DNA from: Armatimonadota bacterium
Lineage (GTDB): Bacteria; Armatimonadota; Fimbriimonadia; Fimbriimonadales; GBS-DC
Direction: 5' to 3'
NCBI GenBank assembly: GCA_037445735.1
Contig: JBBIJY010000027.1
Span: forward strand, 1 to 35,489
DNA: 35,489 nucleotides
Both the position numbers and the translations under genes were made by a program. This document shows positions 24,520 to 34,109 of the stretch, piece after piece (within the stretch, counting starts at the first letter, position 1; every line of letters begins with the position of its first letter). Under the pieces are notes generated by a model. It was not told where the DNA came from. It saw only the letters and a program-made list of their open reading frames with translations, and searched no databases.

Positions 24520-24799
24520 CTGTGGTATAAACGATACGCCAGTCAATAGTATCGTAGCCGTGAATGATCCGATGGCGCGTCGCGATTGCTTCCTTCCAAG
24601 GAACAGAAGGATATAAATCTTGAGTTGAGCGTTCTATCTTGCTTGCTGCCTCACCGATGATGATTAGCTGGCTAAACATATACCACTGGGCATCCTCGTC
24701 AGCAAGAAACTCCTCTTCGGAGGCGTTTCCAAGCCGCCGCACAGCACGCCGTGCCGCAATGAGCATGTCCAGCATGTAGGCACGCGGATCACGCTGCAT
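24452..24799 (-). CDS. HEPN/DUF86 (HepT-like) toxin, second copy
   Basis: IIIGEAA and VPWKEAIATRHRIIHGY. Confidence 0.9.
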   Translation of the reverse strand: MQRDPRAYMLDMLIAARRAVRRLGNASEEEFLADEDAQWYMFSQLIIIGEAASKIERSTQDLYPSVPWKEAIATRHRIIHGYDTIDWRIVYTTVKNDLPRLISALEPLVPPEPDS

Positions 24800-25112
24800 A
24801 AATCACCTCCGCGCTTTGCAGAATGGTTTTGCGACGGATGTAGTTTTCGCTCTGTTCGACACCAGACCGCAGCACCAGCTCCACACGGCGCCCGAAAAGC
24901 TTGCTGAACTCCTGCTCCGCCCGATACAAATCGAACAATGACCAGTGGGCATTCCTCTCGAAGGAAACCAGCAAATCGATGTCACTGTCAGCACCAAAGT
25001 CGTCGCGGAGCGCCGAGCCAAACAGTTCCAGGCGCGCAATACGCCACTTCTGGCACAGGCGCTCCAATGCCTGTCGATCAACCTGCAAGACGGTGCGCTG
25101 CTGTGTTCTCAT
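24789..25112 (-). CDS. MNT (MntA-like) antitoxin, second copy
   Basis: [22 protein letters not shown]...FGRRVEL. Confidence 0.9.
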   Translation of the reverse strand: MRTQQRTVLQVDRQALERLCQKWRIARLELFGSALRDDFGADSDIDLLVSFERNAHWSLFDLYRAEQEFSKLFGRRVELVLRSGVEQSENYIRRKTILQSAEVIYAA

Positions 25113-25148
25113 CGCCTCTCAATTGTACCTGCGGGAAGTTCATGCTTT

Positions 25149-26207
25149 TCAAGGAGCTACGCCTGCAAGGGGCAGTCCCAGCGTCGGTTCCCAACCCATC
25201 AGCAGATTGAGATTCTGGATCGCCTGACCCGCCGCGCCCTTCACCAGATTATCGATCACGCTGATAACCACCGCCATCTGCAAACGGGCATCGATGGTCA
25301 AGCCGATATCGCACCGATTGGAGCCATACACATGGCGGGTGGCGGGGAAACCGCCGAGCGGGCGCACCACCACAAACGGCTGATCGCCATAGAAGGTGGT
25401 GTAAAGCGTGTGCAGGTCATTCAGAGCAACGGGATGCTTCAGTCGGGCGTACGCCGTGCAGAGAATGCCGCGCGTCATCGGCACCAGATGCGGCGTGAAG
25501 CGCACCCGCACAGGCTGATGCGCGACGCCGCTCAGTGTCTGCTCGATCTCAGGCGTGTGGCGATGGCGCTCCACGCTGTACGCCTTGAAGTTCTCGTCCA
25601 GCTCCGTGTAGAGATAGTCCACACTGACGCGCGAGCGCCCCGCGCCTGACACGCCCGACTTCGCATCGATGACGATACAGTCGGCGTCCGCCAGCCGCGC
25701 ATGCAAAAGCGGCGCAAGTGCCAGCGCGCTCGCCGTCGGGTAGCAACCGGGGTTCGCAATCAGTGGGGTATAGCGATAGGCGTCCGGCGGGGTGAGTTCA
25801 GGCAATCCGTAGAGCGCCTCCCGCAACAGCTCAGGTGCGCGATGTGGCATGCCGTACCACTCCTGAAACAGCGCGGCATCGCGCAGGCGGAAATCGGCGG
25901 AGAGGTCGATCACGCGCACGCCTTTTTTGACCAGCGCGGGCGCATGCTCCATCGCGAAGCCCGTCTCGCCTGCCAGGAACACCACCTCACAGCGGCTCGC
26001 CAGCTGATCCGGGTCGAACGCGCTCAGCGGAGGCAGTTCGAGTCCGTTCAGGTGGGGCAGGACCTGCGCCAGTGGCTTGCCCGCCTCCGAGCGGGAAACG
26101 AGCGCACTGATGCGCACGCGCGGATGACCGCTCAACAGGCGCACCAGCTCCGCGCCCGTGTAGCCCGTCGCGCCCACAATCCCAACAGCAACGCGCGATT
26201 CACTCAT
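25149..26207 (-). CDS. argC: N-acetyl-gamma-glutamyl-phosphate reductase
   Basis: [40 protein letters not shown] and [11 protein letters not shown]. Confidence 0.97.
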   Translation of the reverse strand: MSESRVAVGIVGATGYTGAELVRLLSGHPRVRISALVSRSEAGKPLAQVLPHLNGLELPPLSAFDPDQLASRCEVVFLAGETGFAMEHAPALVKKGVRVIDLSADFRLRDAALFQEWYGMPHRAPELLREALYGLPELTPPDAYRYTPLIANPGCYPTASALALAPLLHARLADADCIVIDAKSGVSGAGRSRVSVDYLYTELDENFKAYSVERHRHTPEIEQTLSGVAHQPVRVRFTPHLVPMTRGILCTAYARLKHPVALNDLHTLYTTFYGDQPFVVVRPLGGFPATRHVYGSNRCDIGLTIDARLQMAVVISVIDNLVKGAAGQAIQNLNLLMGWEPTLGLPLAGVAP

Positions 26208-26629
26208 TCAATCAGCTCCTCCGGGCGGAACCAGAGGTTAATTTCGTACTCGGCGGCTTCGGGATCCGAGGAGCCGTGGATGATGTTGCGCTCGATGTCC
26301 AGCCCGAAGTCGCCCCGAATGGTGCCCGGCGCCGCGTTCAGCGGGTTGGTCGCGCCCATCATCTGGCGCACCGTCTCGATGGCGTTCGGGCACTCCAGCA
26401 CCATCGCGACCACCGGTCCCGAGGTGATGAAGTTCACCACGCTCTCAAAAAAGGGCTTCTCGCGATGGACGGCATAATGGCGTTCCGCCAGCTCGCGTGT
26501 GGGACGGAGCATTTTGAGTCCCACGATGCGGATGCCGCGCCGTTCGAAGCGGGCGATAATCTCACCCACCAGCCCGCGCTGAACACCATCCGGCTTCACA
26601 AAGACCAGCGTTCGTGTCGGGGTTCCCAT
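26204..26629 (-). CDS. ndk: Nucleoside diphosphate kinase
   Basis: [19 protein letters not shown] and PGTIRGDFG...NIIHGS. Confidence 0.97.
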   Translation of the reverse strand: MGTPTRTLVFVKPDGVQRGLVGEIIARFERRGIRIVGLKMLRPTRELAERHYAVHREKPFFESVVNFITSGPVVAMVLECPNAIETVRQMMGATNPLNAAPGTIRGDFGLDIERNIIHGSSDPEAAEYEINLWFRPEELIE

Positions 26630-26745
26630 CTCGTTTCAGGGTAAGTATACCCTGATGGAACGATACCCCCCGTGAGCGCATCGGAGATCCACCCTGAGAG
26701 GGGTGATGATGGCTGGGCTATCGGCTATACTCTATTCGAACAACT

Positions 26746-27546
26746 ATGGCGAAGCCGATTAATGACCTGGATCTGAGCTGCTGGCGGGAGTACAGGGAGA
26801 TTTTGACTGATAGCCTCTGGTTGCTGGGGCGTCGGGACAATAGCGGGGCGCACACGGCGGAATACTGGGGCAACTTCGTGCCGCAAATCCCACGCCAGGC
26901 GATGTTGCGTTTCACACGCGCGGGCGAGGCGGTGATAGACCCTTTTGCAGGGCTGGGCACCACCCTCATCGAAGCCTGCCGACTGGGACGATATAGCATC
27001 GGTGTGGAGCTGAACCCGACCGTTGCCGAGCAGGCTCGCCAGCGCGTTCAACAGGAGCCGACACCCACCTCTCACTGGGAAATCCTTGTGGGCGATAGCC
27101 GCTCTCCAGAGACCGCCTCGCAGGTGCAGCAGGTGTTGCAACGCTGGGGTTTCGAGCATGCCCACCTGCTGCTGCTTCATCCACCTTACCACAACATCCT
27201 TCGGTTCAGTAATGACCCGCGTGATCTATCCAACCTGCCCACGACCGGGCAGTTCTGCGACGCTTTTGAGGAGGTGGTGGTGAACTTTGCGCCTTTGCTG
27301 GAGCGTGGACGGTTCCTTGTGCTGGTGATTGGCGACCAGTATACGCGCGGTGAATGGGTGCCGCTCGGTTTCTACACGATGGAGCGCGTAATCAAACATG
27401 GTTTCCGCCTGAAAAGCATCTGCGTGAAAGATATTCAGGAGAACAGGGGCAAACGCGGGCGACGCAACCTGTGGCGCTATCGCGCCCTGCAGGGCAACTA
27501 CTATCTGTTCAAGCACGAGTATGTGATGTTCTTTGAGAAGCGATAG
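26746..27546 (+). CDS. SAM-dependent amino-methyltransferase (N4/N6 DNA methylase or TRM11-like), orphan
   Basis: Motif I DPFAGLGTT followed by motif IV-like HPPY; also GNFVPQIP and KHEY. Confidence 0.8.
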   Translation: MAKPINDLDLSCWREYREILTDSLWLLGRRDNSGAHTAEYWGNFVPQIPRQAMLRFTRAGEAVIDPFAGLGTTLIEACRLGRYSIGVELNPTVAEQARQRVQQEPTPTSHWEILVGDSRSPETASQVQQVLQRWGFEHAHLLLLHPPYHNILRFSNDPRDLSNLPTTGQFCDAFEEVVVNFAPLLERGRFLVLVIGDQYTRGEWVPLGFYTMERVIKHGFRLKSICVKDIQENRGKRGRRNLWRYRALQGNYYLFKHEYVMFFEKR

Positions 27547-28629
27547 ATGAGCGATTACCGGTTAACGGCTGTTGTGCTGTACTTACTCGCCAGTGCAGCG
27601 ATGACGCTCTTCACTTCATCGCTGCGTTTTGACCGTGATGCGCGCTCCTGTCTGGCGGCGATGGTCAATGGCACGGCGCACCGTCCGTTCGTGATGCGTC
27701 GGCTTGTGCCCGACACGATTGGCTTATTGACGCGCTGCACGCCCGCCCCGTGGCGCGGGGCGACGGTGCAGGCGATAGAGGCGTTGCCCCCGCCGCTGCC
27801 CCGACTTCTGCTGGGGCACAATTCGCAGGCAGCCTATGCCCATCTGTTGCTGGTGCTGAGTGTGTGGGGTTGCTATTGCGGCACTTTGCTCTGCTGGCGG
27901 TGGCTGTTGCGCACCGGTTCGGGGCTTTCGGCAGGGCGTTCGCTCTGGCTGCCGGTGCTCGCGCTGGGACTGGTCTATCCCTTGCTTAACTGGCGGCACG
28001 GGGTGCATATTTACGATCCTGCCACGCTCTTCCTCTATTCGCTGGCGCTGGTGGTGATGGTGAAAGCCGTTGAGCGGGCAGGGGGCAGGGGTTTCGCTCA
28101 GGCGGTGGTGCTGACAGCGCTCGCGGCGTGGCACAAGGAGACCGCTGTTCTGCTCATCGTGTGGTGGGCGCTGGTGTGGCGACACGCAGGGCAGAGCAGT
28201 TATGCAGGGCTGTTCCTGCAGATGATGGGGCTGGTCAGCCTCTATCTGGGCATACGCCTCTGGCTCGGATGGCTCTATCGGGGCAATCCGGGTAGCGCGT
28301 TCGAGTTCTGGCTGCTGAAGTTCAACCTGCCCTTTCTCGAATCGATGGTCACCGATTTCGGCGGGCGGCATCTGCGATTTCTGCTGATTCTGGCGATAGC
28401 GATTGCCCTTCCTGCGTGGGGCTGGCGTCGCAAGCCGCTGCTGCTGCGCCAGATGATGCTGACGGGTCTGCTCGTGCTGGGCGTGCCATGGCTCTTCTGG
28501 GGCATTCTGGACGAGTTTCGCGCCCTGCTGGAGCTTTATCCTCTATGGGTGATGCTGTGTGTGCCTGCAGGGTACTCCCTGCCGTCCAGCACCGCCGTTG
28601 CGCCTTCAGGCACGCTCAATCGCAGGTGA
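27547..28629 (+). CDS. Polytopic membrane protein of unknown function
   Basis: Multiple hydrophobic segments; PF..R.LVP, YD and KET motifs are reminiscent of GT-C-like membrane proteins. Confidence 0.7.
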   Translation: MSDYRLTAVVLYLLASAAMTLFTSSLRFDRDARSCLAAMVNGTAHRPFVMRRLVPDTIGLLTRCTPAPWRGATVQAIEALPPPLPRLLLGHNSQAAYAHLLLVLSVWGCYCGTLLCWRWLLRTGSGLSAGRSLWLPVLALGLVYPLLNWRHGVHIYDPATLFLYSLALVVMVKAVERAGGRGFAQAVVLTALAAWHKETAVLLIVWWALVWRHAGQSSYAGLFLQMMGLVSLYLGIRLWLGWLYRGNPGSAFEFWLLKFNLPFLESMVTDFGGRHLRFLLILAIAIALPAWGWRRKPLLLRQMMLTGLLVLGVPWLFWGILDEFRALLELYPLWVMLCVPAGYSLPSSTAVAPSGTLNRR

Positions 28630-31382
28630 AGGGCGTCCTGCACGCGCTCCATCGCGAACTCCAGCCTGCCCTGCGGCAGCGGGAACGCGCCGTATGCCCA
28701 TTCCAGATCGCCCAGAAACGGCTGCAGGGCGAAGCGCTTGAAGCCTGGCTCCAGCGGCTGGATACCCAGCAGGCAGGCGGGCAGGAAGTAGGCGGGCGCG
28801 GCGCTCCACGCATGGCAGTGGCTGCGCGTGAACCAGCCGACCTCGTGCGCGTGCATGGGGTTCTGCGGCTCGCGGCCGGGGAACATCTCCCAGCAGGTGG
28901 TCGCGCCCATGCGCACCATCAGCCCCCACCAGCGTCGAATCAGGTCCAGAATCGGCTGGCGCTGCCCTGCCTGCATGAGCGCCTCCAGCGCAAACGCCAT
29001 CATAAAGGGGCTGCCGATGCGCACGAAGCCGTCGGGAGGCGCCTTCAGATAGCCTTCGAATCGGGCACGCTGCGCGTCGGGCACAACGCCACAGAGATAG
29101 GCGACCACCTGCGTCTGCTGGCTGAAGGTCGCGCTCTGGGAGCCATCGGGCTTCAGGCAGTCGGTATAGGCTTGTTTCGGTTCGTTCCACAGGTAGCGGT
29201 TGATGGCTTCGCGCAGGTCGTGCGCCCACTGGCGCCAGGTGAGCGCGTCGCGTGCCTCGCCCAGCCATTCGGCTAACTGCGCCGTGCAGTCCCACACCTT
29301 CACCAGCCACATGTTCTGATGCGTTACCACGCCCTCGTTCGGCGTGTCCATCGGCGCCCAGTCGAGCATGTTCCACGCCCGAATCTCCAGCAGACCGCTG
29401 GAGTTCAGGTAGCGCGTGTGCAGGGTTTCGTTCTGCTGGCGAATGGCGGGATAGATGGCTTTGAGGAACTCCTCGTCGCCTGTGAACAGGTAATGCTCAT
29501 AGCAGGCGATAGCCCACAGCAGCGCCCACGCCGTGAGGATGTTCTCCCAGCCGCTGGGCACCTGGCTCTCCACAAGGGGCGAACGCCTGAGCGATTCGCC
29601 CGCTAAGAGCAGGCAGCGACGGGCAAGCGTGTAGTCGCCGAAGCCAGCATAGGCGAACAGCGCCTCGTTGCGGGCGTCGCCCACCCAGAAGGTCTGCTCA
29701 TAGGCGGGACAGTCCACGAAGGTGTCCTCGCTGCACAGGCGCACCGTGTAGCGCGACATCTCGTAGATGGTGTTGAGCAGATGGTCGGAGCAGGCGAACA
29801 CGCCCCTCTGCTCGTAGGGGTAGGTGTTCAGATAGCAGCAGATACGGCGCAGGCGCACGGGTTCGGCGCTGCCCTGCGGGAAGCGCACCGTGAGCGTCGC
29901 GTAGCGGAAACCGCGCCGCACGATGCTCCGATACCGCTGCCAGCCCCGCCGCGCCACATAACGAAAAGTGTTGTTCAAGCCGTTCGTCCACTGCACCCGT
30001 TCTGGCTGAACCGGGTCCAGATACTCGAAGCCGTTGAAATCGAAAATCGTGCCATCGGGCGCCTCCAGCTCGAGCTCCACATAGCCGACGACCTCGCGCC
30101 CGAAATCGAACCAGAGTTCCAGATCGCCCGTTTGCGGCGGGTGGAGCAGGGTCTCGTCATCGACGGCGTTCAGGCAGCCCTCGGTGCGTTCAAGGCGTGG
30201 GCGTTCCTGCAGGGGCATGGCGCGAGCGGTCAGCGCAAAGACATTTGCCTTCGCCGTGTGCAAAGGGTCAATCGCATGGCGTACCGTGTGGGGCAGCTGG
30301 CGCAGAGCCGACACGCTCTCCACACCGAACGCCGCCTGAAAATCGGGATGCGAATCGCTTTCAAAGGGACCCAGAACAATCCATGGATAATCGGCATGCT
30401 CCAGCAGGGGATTGACCAGCTGCACCTGCGTGTCGGGTTCCCAGTCCAGCACGGGATAGAAGAACCAGTCGTGATACCAGCGGGCGACATTGATGCACAG
30501 CAGGTGGCTCCCTTCGGGGAGGGTGGCGGTCGCGGTGCCGTTTTGCACGGGCACGGGCTTGCCGTCGAGGCGCACATCGTTCTCGCGCAGACCGTGATGC
30601 ACGCTGCTGATGCGGATCGTGGCAGGCTTCTGCAGGCGCAGTTCGGTGGCAATTAAACCGACCAGCACGCTGGGGTTGGCAGTGAGATCATCGGGGCGCA
30701 GGGTCGGCTTGAGATCGAGCGCCCACGCGCTCACGGGCGGGCGCACCACACGCGCCGTCAGCAGGCGTTGTGGATAGGCAGGTTCCTGGGTCAGCAGCGG
30801 GATAGGACGCGGTAGCAGCTCGCCCCACGGCTCACAGCCCGCATCACCGATTTCCACCGCTTCGTTCCACTCATAATCGTCGAAGCGGGGCTGGGTCCAG
30901 TCGCCGATGGAGCGACGGGCGTCGTAATGCTCTGCGAAGCCCAGCTGGCACGACATGCGCACCGTCTGGCGTTCGAAAGCGGGATGCGGCACATTCAGCC
31001 AGCTTTGATCCGATGCCGCCACGATGCGCCCGTCGCACTCCACCTGCGCGATCAGCCCGCCACGCCCTTTGCCCCGTACAAAATCGTATTGGAAGGTCGC
31101 AATCCCGTAGTGATGAACCAGCACCGCGATGGCGTTCAGCCCGCGCTGCGCCCACTCCGTGACATCGTAGATATCGTAGTACCACCTGCCGTGAAAGGCG
31201 CGTATGGGACCGTGTCCGATGAGCGTGCCGTTGAACCAGAGGGTGTAGCGCGTGTCGGCGCTGATGGCGATTTGCACGCGCTCAAATCGCACGGGCAGTT
31301 CGAACTCTTTCCGCACGCACCAGTAGAAATTGCGCGGGGCGACCTCGCCCGGCGACCAGATCCACTTCGCCCGCCACTGCAT
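28536..31382 (-). CDS. Alpha-L-rhamnosidase-like glycoside hydrolase (GH78)
   Basis: ISADTRY.LWFNG, DFGRE, RGFRY, FVDCPAYEQTFWVGD, GATTCWE and SHCHAWSA.P. Confidence 0.88.
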   Translation of the reverse strand: MQWRAKWIWSPGEVAPRNFYWCVRKEFELPVRFERVQIAISADTRYTLWFNGTLIGHGPIRAFHGRWYYDIYDVTEWAQRGLNAIAVLVHHYGIATFQYDFVRGKGRGGLIAQVECDGRIVAASDQSWLNVPHPAFERQTVRMSCQLGFAEHYDARRSIGDWTQPRFDDYEWNEAVEIGDAGCEPWGELLPRPIPLLTQEPAYPQRLLTARVVRPPVSAWALDLKPTLRPDDLTANPSVLVGLIATELRLQKPATIRISSVHHGLRENDVRLDGKPVPVQNGTATATLPEGSHLLCINVARWYHDWFFYPVLDWEPDTQVQLVNPLLEHADYPWIVLGPFESDSHPDFQAAFGVESVSALRQLPHTVRHAIDPLHTAKANVFALTARAMPLQERPRLERTEGCLNAVDDETLLHPPQTGDLELWFDFGREVVGYVELELEAPDGTIFDFNGFEYLDPVQPERVQWTNGLNNTFRYVARRGWQRYRSIVRRGFRYATLTVRFPQGSAEPVRLRRICCYLNTYPYEQRGVFACSDHLLNTIYEMSRYTVRLCSEDTFVDCPAYEQTFWVGDARNEALFAYAGFGDYTLARRCLLLAGESLRRSPLVESQVPSGWENILTAWALLWAIACYEHYLFTGDEEFLKAIYPAIRQQNETLHTRYLNSSGLLEIRAWNMLDWAPMDTPNEGVVTHQNMWLVKVWDCTAQLAEWLGEARDALTWRQWAHDLREAINRYLWNEPKQAYTDCLKPDGSQSATFSQQTQVVAYLCGVVPDAQRARFEGYLKAPPDGFVRIGSPFMMAFALEALMQAGQRQPILDLIRRWWGLMVRMGATTCWEMFPGREPQNPMHAHEVGWFTRSHCHAWSAAPAYFLPACLLGIQPLEPGFKRFALQPFLGDLEWAYGAFPLPQGRLEFAMERVQDALHLRLSVPEGATAVLDGREYPAGTHSITHRG

Positions 31383-31412
31383 AGCAGGGTGATTATACCT
31401 TCTTGACCCCCG

Positions 31413-31862
31413 TCAATCTCCCACAGGCGTAAAGCTTACTCGTCCCTCCGCTGGCTGGGCAAGGAAGCACTCCACTTTAAGCTGGGGGAACCAGCTCAGC
31501 AGGGTTCGCTTCGCTGTGCGGAGATCGGCGATTTGCTGTTCGTGCATCTTTTCAGGTGGCACGCCTCGTTCGCGATAGAAGCCGCAATTCGCGTGGGCAA
31601 TCATCACCACGCGCTGAATCTGATGTGCCCGAATGAGGAACGGCAGGTAGCGACGCGCCAGCTCATACTCCCACACGCGGTCATAGTTCAGACAGAGCCA
31701 TGCCGCGCCGCCCGGCACCGCCCACTGATCAAAGCGCGGCTCGCCGAGACAATGCTCAATAAACCAGTCGCACGCTTCGGCATAGCGCCCGTCCGAACAG
31801 TAGATGGCAAGCACGGGCGGATAACTCGCCTCAAAGCCCACCTCGCTCACAATCGGCTCCAT
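31413..31862 (-). CDS. Beta-carbonic anhydrase-like protein
   Basis: CSDGR (CxDxR), VPGG and HANCG (HxxC) zinc-ligand pattern. Confidence 0.7.
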   Translation of the reverse strand: MEPIVSEVGFEASYPPVLAIYCSDGRYAEACDWFIEHCLGEPRFDQWAVPGGAAWLCLNYDRVWEYELARRYLPFLIRAHQIQRVVMIAHANCGFYRERGVPPEKMHEQQIADLRTAKRTLLSWFPQLKVECFLAQPAEGRVSFTPVGD

Positions 31863-31941
31863 CCGCTCCCCTTCCTGAAAACAATCGTTCCCGCTCTATC
31901 CGCCACCTCCTGCCGAAGAACAGGCAGGAAATTCGTCGCGA

Positions 31942-32760
31942 GTGGCGTATCTGTATGATGGGCAGATGCCCGTGTGTGAGCAGGAGTTTGTCGGCAGCAC
32001 TTTGCGCACGAGTCGGGTAAACTTTCTGGGAGCGCGAGGGATAGAGGCAGTGCTGGCGATAGACCATACGCGGGGTAATCAGGCGCGTTTGAGCTGGTTG
32101 CTGTACGATGGGCACGGCAACCTGGTGCGTGTGATGGCGTCAGATTACACGCTGTCTGGGTTCCAGTGGCGTGGGGTATGGGGCGAGGTGCAGAGTTCGC
32201 TGGGTGCTGGCAGGGGTTATTGTGCCAATCTGGGTCATTCGGAGGATGAGACGGGTCTGGTCTATATGCGAGCGCGATATTATGAGCCAGCGACAGGTCG
32301 GTTTATCAGTGAAGACCCTGCACGGGACGGAGTGAACTGGTACTTGTATGCCGACGGGAACCCGGTGAATAAGGTGGATGATAGCGGTGAATCGCCCAAG
32401 AGCGAATTTTTAAAATGGGTTCTTGCCGAGTTTTTAGTAAAACTCACTTCTTTACTTCCCAAAAATTCTCCTTATTTGAAAATTATATCTGCTATTGTAA
32501 ATAATATAACAGATGCGATGATGTTTATTCGTGGAGCGGTACTTCTTGGAGCGGCGTATGATAGCAAAGTTGCCGCTGCTGCCGCAGGTGCCCTCTCTCT
32601 GGTAGGGGTGGCATTGATGTTCATCGCCATAGCACAGCTTGGTATGTTAGAACTGCTTATCCGTATGGATCTGGAAGGTCAAGAAGGTAGTGAGCGATGG
32701 CGTTTCATCGATCAATATGGTGGCATTCAATTGACCCGTGGTTGGGGAATAGATAATTAG
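31942..32760 (+). CDS. Orphan Rhs core fragment with variable hydrophobic C-terminal toxin domain 1
   Basis: DETGLVYMRARYYEPATGRFISEDP...NWYLYADGNPVNKVDDSG, followed by a low-GC tip; no SD at the putative start. Confidence 0.85.
   Translation: MAYLYDGQMPVCEQEFVGSTLRTSRVNFLGARGIEAVLAIDHTRGNQARLSWLLYDGHGNLVRVMASDYTLSGFQWRGVWGEVQSSLGAGRGYCANLGHSEDETGLVYMRARYYEPATGRFISEDPARDGVNWYLYADGNPVNKVDDSGESPKSEFLKWVLAEFLVKLTSLLPKNSPYLKIISAIVNNITDAMMFIRGAVLLGAAYDSKVAAAAAGALSLVGVALMFIAIAQLGMLELLIRMDLEGQEGSERWRFIDQYGGIQLTRGWGIDN
32073..32380 (+). repeat. 308-bp Rhs core direct repeat, copy 1
   Basis: Manual alignment with 34175-34482 shows about 10 mismatches and no gaps. Confidence 0.92.
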
Positions 32761-32798
32761 GTGAGGTTGATAGAGAGTATCAAAGGAGGATCGGTGTT

Positions 32799-33110
32799 AT
32801 GCTTGTTTACAAGTGGCTTGCGGAACATATCTGGATTATTGATGTTATAGTTCCTGTGGTAGTGGCGCTGGTAATGATAGAAATTATATATCGTCACTGG
32901 ATGCGTGCTAGGAGCAACATAAACTTGAAAATATTTTCAGTTTATATAATCACTTTGTTATTATGCTTATTAAAAATTTTTAATATATTTATTATAAAAT
33001 CAAAATTGATTTCTTTATTGGTAAGTTCTCATAGTTTAGTTTTATTAATGATTTTATGTTTGATATTAGATAAAAGCAGCATTCGTTCTAGAGACTATCC
33101 AAGTAAGTGA
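32799..33110 (+). CDS. Putative membrane immunity protein 1
   Basis: Directly follows the Rhs tip; GGAGG SD; very AT-rich; about three hydrophobic segments. Confidence 0.65.
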   Translation: MLVYKWLAEHIWIIDVIVPVVVALVMIEIIYRHWMRARSNINLKIFSVYIITLLLCLLKIFNIFIIKSKLISLLVSSHSLVLLMILCLILDKSSIRSRDYPSK

Positions 33111-33210
33111 ATGGGATACAATCTCCAAGCTGTAAGCTAGAGAAAACACTATGAGACAGACCTGCTCGCGCAGGATGCGTAAAGGGCACAATTCCTCTCA
33201 AGGTGGAGCC

Positions 33211-33402
33211 GTGACTTTCAAAGTTATACTGGAACTGGGCTACACCATAGGCTACACTGTCTATGTGCCTGCCCTGCCATGCTGCATCCACGAGGGCGAA
33301 AAAGCCCTGCAGCACCTTCGGGAAGCGATAGAATTCGCTCTGAAACCTTCAGAGGAGCCTTGCAGGCACGAGGGGCAGCTGCTGGATGAGAGCGCAGGAT
33401 GA
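33211..33402 (+). pseudogene. Degenerate HicB paralog
   Basis: VTFKVILE...GYTVYVPALPCCIHEGEKALQHLREAIE aligns with 33666-33866, with substitutions and a short in-frame deletion. Confidence 0.75.
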
Positions 33403-33440
33403 ACAGGGTTCCCGGTTTGCCGTGCCCAGTGCCAGAATAA
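33399..33440 (+). pseudogene. HicA 5' remnant
   Basis: MNRVPGLPCPVPE* resembles MSKVPSLPY and has the same ATGA overlap with the upstream hicB. Confidence 0.6.
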
Positions 33441-33465
33441 GGTATCCTCTTTTTAGGTGAGCGCG

Positions 33466-33669
33466 ATGGGTTTACGCGGAGTGATACGCGGGCGCACGAT
33501 TGAACTGGAGCAGGAGCCACCCCTGCCTGATGGCACGCAGGTGGAAGTGGAACTGCGCACGCTCCTGTCTGACCCCCTCTGGGGACTGCGGGCAGACCAG
33601 CCCAATTGTTTCGATGCGCCCCTAAAGTCGCTGGAGGGCGGTATAATATGCGTAGGGGTGAAGCGATGA
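33466..33669 (+). CDS. Small antitoxin-like protein (AF2212/DUF104-like), probably truncated
   Basis: LRGVIRGRTIELEQEPPLPDGTQVEVEL pattern; its 3' part runs into the hicB promoter region. Confidence 0.5.
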   Translation: MGLRGVIRGRTIELEQEPPLPDGTQVEVELRTLLSDPLWGLRADQPNCFDAPLKSLEGGIICVGVKR

Positions 33670-33866
33670 CCTTCAAAGTGGTGCTGGAACCGAGTGAGGA
33701 GGGCGGCTACACGGTGTATGTGCCTGCCCTGCCAGGGTGCATCAGTGAGGGCGACACCATAGAAGACGCCTTGCAGAACATTCGGGAGGCGATTGAACTC
33801 TATCTGGAACCTTCCGAAGAGCCTTGCGTGCAAGAGGGGCAGCTGGTGTATGAGGTTGCGGTATGA
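33666..33866 (+). CDS. hicB: HicB family antitoxin (short form)
   Basis: EEGGYTVYVPALPGCISEGDTIEDALQNIREAIELYLE. Confidence 0.93.
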   Translation: MTFKVVLEPSEEGGYTVYVPALPGCISEGDTIEDALQNIREAIELYLEPSEEPCVQEGQLVYEVAV

Positions 33867-34090
33867 GCAAGGTTCCGAGCTTGCCATATACTGCGATTGT
33901 GAAGGCACTGGAGCGCGCGGGGTGGCAGGTGGTGCGTCAGCGGGGCAGTCATATTCGGTTGGAGAAGCGGGTGGGAGAGGAGATTGCACGGCTGACGGTG
34001 CCCGCGCATCGCCCTGTGAAGCGTTCGACCTTGTCGCATATACTGAAGCAGGCGGGGTTGAGCGTAGAGGAGTTTTTAGAGTTGCTTTAG
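33863..34090 (+). CDS. hicA: HicA family mRNA interferase toxin
   Basis: LERAGWQVVRQRGSHIRL...TVPAH...TLSHILKQAGL. Confidence 0.93.
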   Translation: MSKVPSLPYTAIVKALERAGWQVVRQRGSHIRLEKRVGEEIARLTVPAHRPVKRSTLSHILKQAGLSVEEFLELL

Positions 34091-34109
34091 GCAGGAGTTT
34101 GAGGATGGG

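Noticed and set aside
28536-28629. 94-bp convergent overlap of GH78 and the membrane protein, and 37-bp rnhA/CHAT overlap
   Set aside because: Short 3' overlaps are common in compact GC-rich genomes, and I see no further signal.
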